Below are positions 22,403 through 30,837 of a DNA stretch of 32,000 nt, in pieces (position 1 is the first letter of the stretch; the number at the start of each line of letters is the position of its first letter). The translations under genes were made by a program, and so were the position numbers. Source of the stretch: Methanothrix sp. (GTDB taxonomy: Archaea; Halobacteriota; Methanosarcinia; Methanotrichales; Methanotrichaceae); assembly GCF_024518575.1 (NCBI RefSeq), contig NZ_JANIHG010000007.1, forward strand, positions 37,035 to 69,034, written 5' to 3'. A model generated the notes under the pieces. It did not search any database and was not told the origin of the DNA. It saw nothing but the letters and a program-made list of their open reading frames with translations.

Positions 22403-23596
22403 ATGTCTAACCTGTTCGAGATATTCCGGGAGGCAACACTGCTGCAGTGCGGCTTTCTGGAGAAGCTGCTCCGTCTCGATATGTCCGAGGTCGCAGCCTT
22501 CTCAGAGTCGCTGGCATCATTCCTGAGCGATACCAGGAGAAACAAGTTTGTATACGGGCTTGCAGCAGGCAGAAGCGCCCTCTCGCTTTACAGCTTCCTT
22601 CAGCTGCTTCAGAATCACTTTGATAACGTCTTCCCCTGTACGCTGGAGGATCCTGTCCAGAGGCACTTCAACCCAAGGATGATGAATCTGGGCATAGCGG
22701 TCTCAGGCTCGGGAGAGACTCCATCCGTGAACAAATACATCGAGGACGTAATAGAGCAGGGGGGAGAGATCAAGCTGATCACAGCCAACAGAAACGGCAC
22801 AGCTTACAGGCTTGTGGAAGATTACAAGAACGGCACCATACTTGTGATAGAGGGAAAGACAAAGTACAGCACCGACAAGGAGAGGCGCTCCCGGCTATCG
22901 CCACTGGGCACGGAGTTCGAGCTAGAGGTCCTGGCATTCCTAAATGCCCTCTTCAAGGACATCCAGACGAGGCTTGATGGCCACCATGACGATCGATGCC
23001 CTGAGTACTGCACCACAATACAGGACTTCAAGGATAACGGAAGGCTCATAGCTGATATGGATCAGGAGCACCTTGAGAGATGGTTCGGCAGGCTCTTCCC
23101 GAGATCGGGACGCTATGTGATAGGCGGTGTCGGCAGGTCAGGGCTTGTCGCAAGGGCGTTCGAGATGAGGTTCACGCATCTGAACAAGATAAGCTACTGG
23201 GAGCGGGACTTCAACACCCCCAGCTTCCAGATAGGGGATGTGTACATACCGATAACAGGCGGAGGTAACACCTACGAGGCGCTCGAGGGCGCGAGGAACG
23301 CGTTCAGGAACGGCGCGGACGTGATGCCGATCACCGCGAACAGGGATTCCAACCTGATGGCGCTTGTGATGGAGAAAGGCAGGCTCGATGATGCTGTTTT
23401 CATACCCGTAAAGCAGGACTACGAGAGTCTTTTTAAGGGCAACCGAAGCACCACAAGCTGGCTGGTATCCGAGTTCACGAAGTACAGATATCCGATATTC
23501 GAGATGAACACATCCATATTCACAAACAGCGTTGTCGCAGTGGGCGCTGAGTTCCTGGGCATAGTCGAGGCTGGGATGCGCAGGCTTCATGTCTAG
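22403..23596 (+). CDS. Double SIS-domain protein (two PHI-like sugar-phosphate isomerase/binding domains)
   Basis: Domain 1: GLAAGRSALS...IAVSGSGETPSV...KLITANRNG. Domain 2: GGVGRSGLVARAFEMRFTHL...IPITGGGNTYEAL...VMPITANRDS. Both follow the 6-phospho-3-hexuloisomerase-type SIS pattern. Confidence 0.65.
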   Translation: MSNLFEIFREATLLQCGFLEKLLRLDMSEVAAFSESLASFLSDTRRNKFVYGLAAGRSALSLYSFLQLLQNHFDNVFPCTLEDPVQRHFNPRMMNLGIAVSGSGETPSVNKYIEDVIEQGGEIKLITANRNGTAYRLVEDYKNGTILVIEGKTKYSTDKERRSRLSPLGTEFELEVLAFLNALFKDIQTRLDGHHDDRCPEYCTTIQDFKDNGRLIADMDQEHLERWFGRLFPRSGRYVIGGVGRSGLVARAFEMRFTHLNKISYWERDFNTPSFQIGDVYIPITGGGNTYEALEGARNAFRNGADVMPITANRDSNLMALVMEKGRLDDAVFIPVKQDYESLFKGNRSTTSWLVSEFTKYRYPIFEMNTSIFTNSVVAVGAEFLGIVEAGMRRLHV

Positions 23597-23960
23597 CTGG
23601 GGGATGATGTGAGATAATCGTGCACAAAGGGATCATAAGCTACGGATTTCTGTGATACAAGTGCACTACCACTCCGTCAAATTGCACCGATATCAATAAA
23701 AATTCCGAAATAATCGGAATAAAATATTTCATATGATCCCTTAACCGATGGCCAGTGGAAAACCATGGTATGGATCTGTTCCAGACTGCCACCCCCTGTA
23801 TCATCGGATTCTGTACCTGCATCATTGGGATCAACTGCGCGCGACTTCAAAGGATGTGTGAGGTATTGTGCAGATAGATGTCGATTTCCTCGCAACCATT
23901 CAACGGTTGGACCGACGATCCACCACCCATCAGATCTTCCTGGGCTGAACTGTGTTATGC

Positions 23961-24076
23961 TGCTGTGTTGAATAATTAAGAGCTCTAAGGTCGAGAGCTA
24001 TCGATTTTTACTAGAATTGCAATTCGTATGAATCCAACCTCTACTATCGGATTCTCAAACATTATTCAACACAGCA
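23961..24076 (+). mobile_element. MITE copy 3 (116 bp)
   Basis: Perfect 16-bp terminal inverted repeats. Perfect 8-bp target-site duplication TGTTATGC at 23953-23960 and 24077-24084. By hand alignment it is about 93% identical to copy 2. Confidence 0.85.
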
Positions 24077-24321
24077 TGTTATGCGCAACCCTTTTATTCT
24101 TTGATCCTGAGTCAACCTCGCCATCAGTTATGGGGGCACAATAAGGACACGAAACTGCATATGAGGATGGAGACCTCTGCATTCAGGTCTTTCGATGGAG
24201 TTAAGAGAGAATTTCATAGATGGGCGAGGAGCCGGATGGCCCCAGCAGGAAGCAAAAGCACGAAGCTCCGCCCTTCAGGGCAGGGGCTCACATTTGATAT
24301 CCGCTGTGGAGGGCGGGCGAA

Positions 24322-26469
24322 GTGATAGACAGATTTCCAGAGGTACCGGCTAGGATTGAGGGGCTGCGGGAGCTGGCATGCAACCTATGGTGGTCATGGC
24401 ACCACCAGGCAAGGGATCTATTCAACATGCTCAACCCAGCCGCATGGCAGCTCAGCGTTCACAACCCTGTGAAGCTGCTCCACGAGATAGATAGATCCGT
24501 GCTGGAGAGAGCAGCAGAGAGCGAGCATTTCTTGAGACACTACGACGCGGTCATCTCCAGGTTCAGGTCCGAGATGAGGGCAAAGGGCGGATGGTTTCCA
24601 TCCCACATCAGGAACCCGATGAATGTGCCCATCGCATATTTCTCAGCAGAATACGGCCTGCATCACTCGATGCCGTTCTATGCCGGCGGCCTGGGATTCC
24701 TGGCGGGTGATTACCTCAAGGAATGCAGCGATCTCAGGCTTCCTGTAATCGGTGTGGGCTTCATGTACCCGGGCGGGTATCTCAGGCAGAGGTTGTCTCC
24801 AGACGGCTGGCAGATGAGCGAGAGCGAGATCCTGGAAAAGAGCCACGCGCCGATATCTCAGGTGCTCGATGAAAATGGCAAACCGCTGCTAGTGAGGGTT
24901 CCGGTGATAGAGCCGCCGATATATGTTGGCGTGTGGCTGCTCAGGATCGGGAGGATCCGGCTGTACCTCCTGGACACAGACGTCGAGGCGAACGACCCAT
25001 GGAACCGCGGGATATCATCACGCCTGTACCTTGGAGACGCTGAGCAGAGGCTCCGGCAGGAGATCGTGCTGGGCATCGGCGGCATGAGCGTGCTAGAGAG
25101 CATGGGCATAAAGAATCTCGTCCTCCATCTCAACGAGGGCCACCCGGCCTTCGCAGTTCTCGAGAGGCTCAGGCATCTCACAGGAAACGGCATGAGCTGC
25201 AAGGACGCCATCGATTACATCAGGAGCACGACCGTCTTCACCACACACACTCCCGTTCCGGCGGGCCATGACATATTCCCATTCCATCTGATGGAGAAGT
25301 ACTTCAATTCATATCTCCCCTCAATCGGCCTCACACGCGATCAGTTCTTCAGGCTGGGCATAGATCCGGCAAACCCGCAGGCCGGGTTCAACATGACCGC
25401 ATTCGCTATGAGGATAGCCCTGTACAGAAACTGTGTCAGCAGGAGGCATCTGGAGGTCACCGAGTCGATGTGGCGGCATCTGATCGCAGAGCTCAAATCG
25501 AATGGCATCGTCATCGATTACGTCACCAATGGTGTGCACATACTCACATGGCTCGATCGCGGCATGGAGGATCTCTTCAACAGATATCTGGGACTTGGGT
25601 GGCTTGAGGATCATGACGATCCCTCCATATGGGAGCTTGTGGACGATATACCTGACAGAGAGCTCTGGATGGCGCATCGGATGGCCAAGATGAGACTGAT
25701 AACAACGATAAGAGAGCGCGCGAGGCTCAGGTGGTCCATGGACAGCGCAGATCCCAGGATAATAGTCGCGTCCGGTGTGCTTTTGGATCCATCCGTCTTC
25801 ACAATAGGCTTCGCGCGGAGGTTTGCCACATACAAGAGGGCCACGCTGATACTCCAGGACCTGGACCGCCTCAGAAGCATCTTGAACAATGAGGATATGC
25901 CGGTCCAGATAATATTCGCAGGCAAGGCGCATCCTGCCGATGACTCAGCCAAACAGATAATCCAGAAGGTTTACAACATAGCGAAGGACCCGAGCTTTGG
26001 GGGAAGGATTGCGTTCGTCGAGGACTATGATGAGCAGCTCGCTCAATACATGGTCCATGGCGTCGACCTGTGGCTGAACACGCCGCAGCCACCGCTCGAG
26101 GCATCCGGCACAAGCGGAATGAAGGCCATGATCAATGGCGTGCCGCAGCTCAGCGTTCTCGATGGGTGGTGGATAGAGGGATACAACGGCAGAAACGGCT
26201 GGGCATTCGAGGGCGCAGAGGGCGCTGATCGGGATGTGAGGGACGCGCGCAGCCTCTACGATCTTCTGGAGAACGACATCGTGCCCCTGTTCTACAGAGT
26301 GGAGAACAACGACGGGGTGCCGCATGGCTGGGTGAGGGTCATGAAGGATGCGATAAAGAGCACCGCTCCCAGGTTCTCCGCGCGGAGAATGGTGAAGGAG
26401 TACACGAGCAAGTTCTACATGAACGCCCTGGATGCGGCAAACAGCTTCAGCACAAACGAGCCACAATGA
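24322..26469 (+). CDS. Alpha-glucan (glycogen/maltodextrin) phosphorylase, GT35 short archaeal/bacterial type
   Basis: 715 aa. LACNLWWSWHH, FSAEYGLH, TNGVH, and the PLP-lysine region EASGTSGMKAMINGV. GTG start with GGAGGG 9 nt upstream. Confidence 0.88.
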   Translation: MIDRFPEVPARIEGLRELACNLWWSWHHQARDLFNMLNPAAWQLSVHNPVKLLHEIDRSVLERAAESEHFLRHYDAVISRFRSEMRAKGGWFPSHIRNPMNVPIAYFSAEYGLHHSMPFYAGGLGFLAGDYLKECSDLRLPVIGVGFMYPGGYLRQRLSPDGWQMSESEILEKSHAPISQVLDENGKPLLVRVPVIEPPIYVGVWLLRIGRIRLYLLDTDVEANDPWNRGISSRLYLGDAEQRLRQEIVLGIGGMSVLESMGIKNLVLHLNEGHPAFAVLERLRHLTGNGMSCKDAIDYIRSTTVFTTHTPVPAGHDIFPFHLMEKYFNSYLPSIGLTRDQFFRLGIDPANPQAGFNMTAFAMRIALYRNCVSRRHLEVTESMWRHLIAELKSNGIVIDYVTNGVHILTWLDRGMEDLFNRYLGLGWLEDHDDPSIWELVDDIPDRELWMAHRMAKMRLITTIRERARLRWSMDSADPRIIVASGVLLDPSVFTIGFARRFATYKRATLILQDLDRLRSILNNEDMPVQIIFAGKAHPADDSAKQIIQKVYNIAKDPSFGGRIAFVEDYDEQLAQYMVHGVDLWLNTPQPPLEASGTSGMKAMINGVPQLSVLDGWWIEGYNGRNGWAFEGAEGADRDVRDARSLYDLLENDIVPLFYRVENNDGVPHGWVRVMKDAIKSTAPRFSARRMVKEYTSKFYMNALDAANSFSTNEPQ

Positions 26470-26583
26470 CACAGGACTGTTTAAATGCGCAGAAGGGGGC
26501 TTTTCCACTCCTCCTTTGGGTTCATGATGCGATCAGCTGGATATGCTTATCTCCAAGAATGATCGCCTGAAGACCCCCAGCAT

Positions 26584-27597
26584 TCACCTCCGCCGCTGCC
26601 GGAGCCCTTCAAGCATCGCATCGTATCTCTGTTTGATCCGCTCGATTATATCGATATGGCTCTCCTGGTGTGTGGGTATTATTATATCAGCTTCCGCCCC
26701 TGTGTAATCAGCTGCTGCAGTCACACCGTTATCTCCAAGATCCAGATGCATGTCCAGCGCGATCTCTCCCGCGATCGGAGTCAGGGGCTTCACCAGACCC
26801 AGGCCCCTTGCCATTGCCCTGTACTCCCTTAAAGCAGCGTCGATCTCTCCGATCAGAGCCTCCGCCCCAGACACATCTTTCAGCTGGAGCGCCAGCCTCT
26901 CCACACCCTCTTTCAGTTTAGAGAATGTTGATGTCCCGACCTCTATGATCTCCCCAGAGTAGTGCTCTCTTATCCTCTCCGCATACCCTGGGGATGCTAC
27001 AAGCAGCCGGATCTTCCTTAGCATGGCGATATCACTATCTTCTGGCCTGTAGGGGTTTACAACCACGTAATCGATGCCAAGACGTCTGGCCAGGCTCTCG
27101 TACATCGGAGTGATTCCAATCATCTCACGCTTCCTCGCGATCGTCTCCTTCAAAAACTCAGGGTTCTCCGACTGCAGTCCGAAGTACTCCGCGAACCCCC
27201 TGGTTGTCCAGAGCTCCCTGGTTCTGCCCTTCTTGATCGCGCTTATCAGGCCCATCCTCTCCAGGATCCTGACGTGCTCGTAGCACTTGTTCCCGCGGAT
27301 CCGCGCGAGCTCGCTCTGCGTTATCGGCTGCCTGTATGCGATGACAGCGAGCGTGCGTATCACTGAGGAGTCAAGCTCCCTCGGCGCGACCATCGACACA
27401 GCCTGAGCGAGATCCCCTCTCACCTGCATAACAAAAGATCCCTCGACAGCTCTTACCTCGATGCCGCCACCGCGGGATGCATACTCCCTCAGAAGGGATT
27501 CCGCGGCATCAAGCACATCCCTGGCATCGAGTCCCGAGATGCCCGATATCTCCTCCACAGAGAGAGGACGGCCTGCTGCAAACAGCATCGCCTCCAC
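26584..27597 (-). CDS. scpB: ScpB-like segregation/condensation protein with a ~170-aa C-terminal extension
   Basis: The N-terminal ~165 aa carry two wHTH motifs: EAMLFAAGRPLSVEEIS...LAVIAYRQPITQSELARIRGNKCYEHVRILERMGLI...WTTRGFAEYFGL. The rest of the 337 aa matches no family I recognise. GTG start (ATG 9 nt downstream). Confidence 0.75.
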   Translation of the reverse strand: MEAMLFAAGRPLSVEEISGISGLDARDVLDAAESLLREYASRGGGIEVRAVEGSFVMQVRGDLAQAVSMVAPRELDSSVIRTLAVIAYRQPITQSELARIRGNKCYEHVRILERMGLISAIKKGRTRELWTTRGFAEYFGLQSENPEFLKETIARKREMIGITPMYESLARRLGIDYVVVNPYRPEDSDIAMLRKIRLLVASPGYAERIREHYSGEIIEVGTSTFSKLKEGVERLALQLKDVSGAEALIGEIDAALREYRAMARGLGLVKPLTPIAGEIALDMHLDLGDNGVTAAADYTGAEADIIIPTHQESHIDIIERIKQRYDAMLEGLRQRRR

Positions 27598-27744
27598 AAG
27601 AGCTTTAGCATATGCCTTTGTCGTTCTGGGACCTCCTGTGCGCAGTGATTTTTGTTCTCTTAATTTCTCTTGATGTAATCAGAAGGCAGCCTTTCTCTTG
27701 GCGTGAGATATATTTAAATTCGCTCCGGATCTCATGGGGTTTGA

Positions 27745-28455
27745 ATGAGCGAGTCGGTTCAGAAGCCGAAGGAAGCCGTGCATGATGCTGATGAGCTCAT
27801 GTTCATGGTCAAGGGGCTGCAGAGCACAAACAGCAGCGCCCAGATCATCGATATGCTCGAGATACTCGAAGGTCTGGCGCCGTTTCTGGATAAGACCAAG
27901 GTGATAGAGCTCAAATGCAAAAACTGCGACAGCTACGCGCCCTGCTTCTTCCCGCTGGAGGATGATTATGATGTCATCGATACGCATGCATACTGCCATA
28001 AGAAAGGCCAGCCTCTGCACCATCTGACGTTTCTATCCATAGCGAAATGCAGGGACTTCTCGAGAAAGGCCCAGATGGAGCTGGCAGATCTGGCGAAGCG
28101 GCTCATGGAGGAGCTGAGAGATGCTTTGCGGGGCAGGAAAATCTACGACCACAACGAGTTCGCGAACTATCCTATAGCTTTCGATATCTCACAAGATTCG
28201 GATAGAGTTACGATTCAGCTCGGTCATCTTTCAGAAGGTGGTGTGTTTGTGATGGGCGATGCCCGTATTATTATGGTGAGAAGGCCTGATCCGAGGCTTG
28301 GAAACAAGGCCTCAGAGATCGGCAGGGCCCTTCACGAGAGCGATCTCGTTATCCTGGTTGAGGCGAGCAGGAGCGCCATGAAGCATCTCGGGTTGAGGGA
28401 TGCGGTCGGTAAGATCGCTGCATCGCATGGCATACCGGTAATCTACGATCCGTAA
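27745..28455 (+). CDS. Hypothetical protein (236 aa) with a CxxC...C...CH cluster
   Basis: Long clean ORF, divergent from scpB. KCKNCDSYAPCFFPLEDDYDVIDTHAYCHKKG suggests a metal site. No family recognised. Confidence 0.5.
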   Translation: MSESVQKPKEAVHDADELMFMVKGLQSTNSSAQIIDMLEILEGLAPFLDKTKVIELKCKNCDSYAPCFFPLEDDYDVIDTHAYCHKKGQPLHHLTFLSIAKCRDFSRKAQMELADLAKRLMEELRDALRGRKIYDHNEFANYPIAFDISQDSDRVTIQLGHLSEGGVFVMGDARIIMVRRPDPRLGNKASEIGRALHESDLVILVEASRSAMKHLGLRDAVGKIAASHGIPVIYDP

Positions 28456-28640
28456 CAGTCAGGTGATCCCATGATGGTGATCGCGTTTATCCATCCAATT
28501 TCGGATTAAGATTCCAGAGATGCATTTCCATTAAGCACCTCATCCTGTTCCTCACGTTACTGCTTGCATACTCGCTGCCACTCGAGCTTGCAACACGATT
28601 CGATGAAGAGGTTTTTGTTCTCTTTTTGGGCTTACGAGCT

Positions 28641-28991
28641 TCATGAACTCCTTGAGCTCAGCCTTATTATCGCCTCAGCAAGGTCCCCCCTGCACTCCAT
28701 CAGCGCGGCTTTGGCCTCCTCGGGGCTCGCTCCTGTCTGAGATACGACAAGCTCGATATCAGAGGGCGACACTCTGGGAAGCTCTGTGACATCTCCGGAT
28801 ATCTGATAGCTTCTGCTGCCCTGTGCCTCCATTACGGCCACAGATGCATTCTTTATCACTATCTCCCTGTCTGTGGTTCGTATAACGACTTCCTCCACGC
28901 CCTCGATCTCATCGATGTTTATGCCCATGCTCTTCAGCATGCCCTTCATCTTCTTCGGGTTCATTCCCCGTCCGCCAAGTCCTGGGAACAC
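28641..28991 (-). CDS. nac: Nascent polypeptide-associated complex protein (archaeal NAC, NAC + UBA domains)
   Basis: MFPGLGGRGMNPKKMKGMLKSMGI...EEVVIRT..., with the C-terminal UBA-like sequence SPEEAKAALMECRGDLAEAIIRL. GTG start. Confidence 0.88.
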   Translation of the reverse strand: MFPGLGGRGMNPKKMKGMLKSMGINIDEIEGVEEVVIRTTDREIVIKNASVAVMEAQGSRSYQISGDVTELPRVSPSDIELVVSQTGASPEEAKAALMECRGDLAEAIIRLSSRSS

Positions 28992-29185
28992 AAGACCACC
29001 GCAGGCCAGATGGATATGGTTGGATTTATCCTTATCCGAGAGATGACCGATCCGGAGTTGTACTCATTGGAAGGAGATCTGCGGATAACCTCTGGCAGAG
29101 CCTGGTTTTGAGAACGAACACAGCTGTACAGCAAGTGCCCATCAAGACGATACGCATTGGCCAGGCAGCAGCACCAAAATTCGAA

Positions 29186-29271
29186 CGTCCCGACCGGGAT
29201 TCGAACCCGGGTTGAAGGCTGTCTGCGAGGATCTCCGCAGGCCTCCGGGATATCCGCTACCCCATCGGGAC
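29186..29271 (-). tRNA. tRNA-Arg (anticodon GCG) with a 14-nt intron at position 37/38
   Basis: Minus strand reads GTCCCGA-TG-GGGT-AGCGGATA-TCCC-G-GAGGC-CTGCGG[AGATCCTCGCAGAC]A-GCCTT-CAAC-CCGGG-TTCGAAT-CCCGG-TCGGGAC-G. The acceptor, anticodon and T stems pair. The intron (29221-29234) forms a bulge-helix-bulge motif. CCA is not encoded. Confidence 0.9.
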
Positions 29272-29299
29272 AACGAGTGACTCATGAAAACCTTCCTGG

Positions 29300-30094
29300 T
29301 TATAAGCCTGTTGATCTGGAGGCGTACGACTGGGCTGTCCGGATCGCTCTGAGGAAGTCTATCTTCCTGAACTCGGGCCAGTACGGCGCGCAGAAGTAAG
29401 CGGCACACTCGCTTCCGTTGGCCTGCCAGGGAAGGAAGTTGGAGGTCCTGAGCTCACCGCCAGTTCTTATTATGAGATCGACCTTCGGCACGGGTGTTTC
29501 TGTGGGGGGATAGAGGTACCTGCTCACAAGATCCTCATCGAGATCGTCGATCCTGATCATTCCCGCGCGCAGATCCCTCGCCATGGCCCTGGCAGCGTCG
29601 ATCAGCTCGTACTGCCCTCCATATGCGAGCGCCACATTGAGGTACATATGGCTGTAGCCCTCGGTCGCGGCCTCAACCTCCCGTATGGCTTTCTGCAGGT
29701 ACCCCGGAAGCATATCGATCCTGCCGATGGCTCTGACGCGAACCCTGTTTTTGTGGATCTTCTCAGAGCTGCACAGCTCTATGAGCTTCTCCGCGATCAG
29801 GGTGAAGATGTACCTCTTCTCGGGCTCGCTCCTGCTGAAGTTCTCTGTCGAAAATGCATATACGGTCAGGTGTTTTATTCCGAGCTCCAGGCACCAGTCT
29901 GATATCTTCTCCGTCGTCTTCGCGCCGAGCCTGTGGCCGCTCGATGCGGGCATGTTGTGCCTGTTTGCATATCTCCTGTTCCCATCCTGTATGACCGCGA
30001 TGTGCTCCACCCTCGGACCTCTGGCGAGCTGGCGCTTCAGCATCCTCTCGTATACCGCATATGCTGATGAGAGCAGCAGATCTCCGCACCTCAA
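29300..30094 (-). CDS. uppS: Undecaprenyl/polyprenyl diphosphate synthase (cis-prenyltransferase)
   Basis: HIAVIQDGNRRYA, TVYAFSTENF and IRTGGELRTSNFLPWQ. The track start is TTG 30094; the first ATG is 30043, so the start is uncertain. Confidence 0.88.
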   Translation of the reverse strand: MRCGDLLLSSAYAVYERMLKRQLARGPRVEHIAVIQDGNRRYANRHNMPASSGHRLGAKTTEKISDWCLELGIKHLTVYAFSTENFSRSEPEKRYIFTLIAEKLIELCSSEKIHKNRVRVRAIGRIDMLPGYLQKAIREVEAATEGYSHMYLNVALAYGGQYELIDAARAMARDLRAGMIRIDDLDEDLVSRYLYPPTETPVPKVDLIIRTGGELRTSNFLPWQANGSECAAYFCAPYWPEFRKIDFLRAIRTAQSYASRSTGL

Positions 30095-30302
30095 AAAAAT
30101 CCCTTAAGCAGGCTAACCTGGAGCATGTATTTAACTGTTTCACACCGAGTTCGTATCAAAGGTGCATCAGCGCACAATCATTTCAGACTCGTGGAGCGTC
30201 CGGCTCATGGCGATAGATTACATAAACTCGGTGAGTCAAGCCCAGGCCAGGGTCCAGGAGTGGCTCCACATGAACAGATTCATCTCAATGAATAGCCAAA
30301 AT

Positions 30303-30309
30303 AAAAAAA
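30303..30309 (-). terminator. Oligo-T tract (T7 then T4 on minus strand) after the LTD-A stop
   Basis: Minus strand reads TGAGTAACGCAGCTCAGTATCTTTTTTTATTTTGG. The equivalent T6 tract lies at 31112-31117 after LTD-B. Confidence 0.4.
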
Positions 30310-30323
30310 GATACTGAGCTGCG

Positions 30324-30782
30324 TTACTCAGTCATTGGATAGGTAAATGTTGAGACCTCGTTGCCCTCTGGATCTATGAGGGAGACCGTGCCGCTCTCCG
30401 CGAACTCGATCGTTGTGTTCAGGTATATCTCGGTCTCGGTGTTCTCGCCAGCACCCAGGAAGAGCTTTACAGAGCTGGCTGGCTGGACCTCGATCGCACC
30501 CAGTGTTACCGGCTCGTTCTCATCTATCTTGAGCGTGTAGTTCTCAAGGCTCTGGACTGCATCGCCATCGTTGGCGATCTCCACGTAGCCCTCCTCGATG
30601 TTGACATCTGCGATGTACAGCGCCGCAACCTCTGCGGTGACATTCTCAGCGGTTACGTTCTCGGCTGTGACGTTCTCTGCGGTGACATTCTCGGCTGTGA
30701 CGTTCTCAGCAATATCCTCCGCATATGCCGCTCCCAGGAAGACAAGCAGAGCAAGCATAAGCGTGTATGCTACGATCTTCAT
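30324..30782 (-). CDS. Secreted lamin-tail-domain (LTD)-like protein, highly acidic paralog A
   Basis: Signal peptide MKIVAYTLMLALLVFLGAAYA, then 5x AENVT. The LTD-like core is LYIADVNIEEGYVEIANDGDAVQSLENYTLKIDEN...QPASSVKLFLGAG...GTVSLIDPEGNEV. AAGGAGGT lies 7 nt upstream of the ATG. Confidence 0.7.
   Translation of the reverse strand: MKIVAYTLMLALLVFLGAAYAEDIAENVTAENVTAENVTAENVTAENVTAEVAALYIADVNIEEGYVEIANDGDAVQSLENYTLKIDENEPVTLGAIEVQPASSVKLFLGAGENTETEIYLNTTIEFAESGTVSLIDPEGNEVSTFTYPMTE
30636..30710 (-). repeat. 5 x 15-bp in-frame tandem repeat encoding AENVT
   Basis: The units differ only at synonymous positions (GCT/GCC/GCA, AAC/AAT, GTC/GTA, ACA/ACC). Confidence 0.9.
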
Positions 30783-30787
30783 ATAAT

Positions 30788-30837
30788 ACCTCCTTGCTTT
30801 TTGAACAGAGCGTATTCATCTTAATTGAGATTTAAAT
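30788..30837 (-). promoter_or_regulatory. Shine-Dalgarno sequence (AAGGAGGT, 30788-30795) and putative TATA box (TTTAAAT, 30831-30837) of LTD-A
   Basis: AT-rich upstream region. The TATA-like element lies about 47 nt upstream of the ATG. An identical arrangement serves LTD-B (31584-31591 and 31627-31633). Confidence 0.4.

Noticed and set aside
22231-24084. Composite transposon formed by MITE copies 2 and 3
   Set aside because: A composite insertion would place one shared target duplication at the outer ends. Instead, each MITE has its own distinct perfect 8-bp duplication (TAGCACAG versus TGTTATGC), so the insertions were independent.
24101-24325. 74-aa + ORF upstream of the glucan phosphorylase
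   Set aside because: It lies in a different frame ending inside the phosphorylase start region. It has no RBS or motif and sits in the promoter/MITE-flank region.
30636-30710. Short tandem repeats as a possible CRISPR or mini-array
   Set aside because: The repeats are 15-bp contiguous in-frame units with no spacers. They lie inside a coding sequence and encode AENVT.
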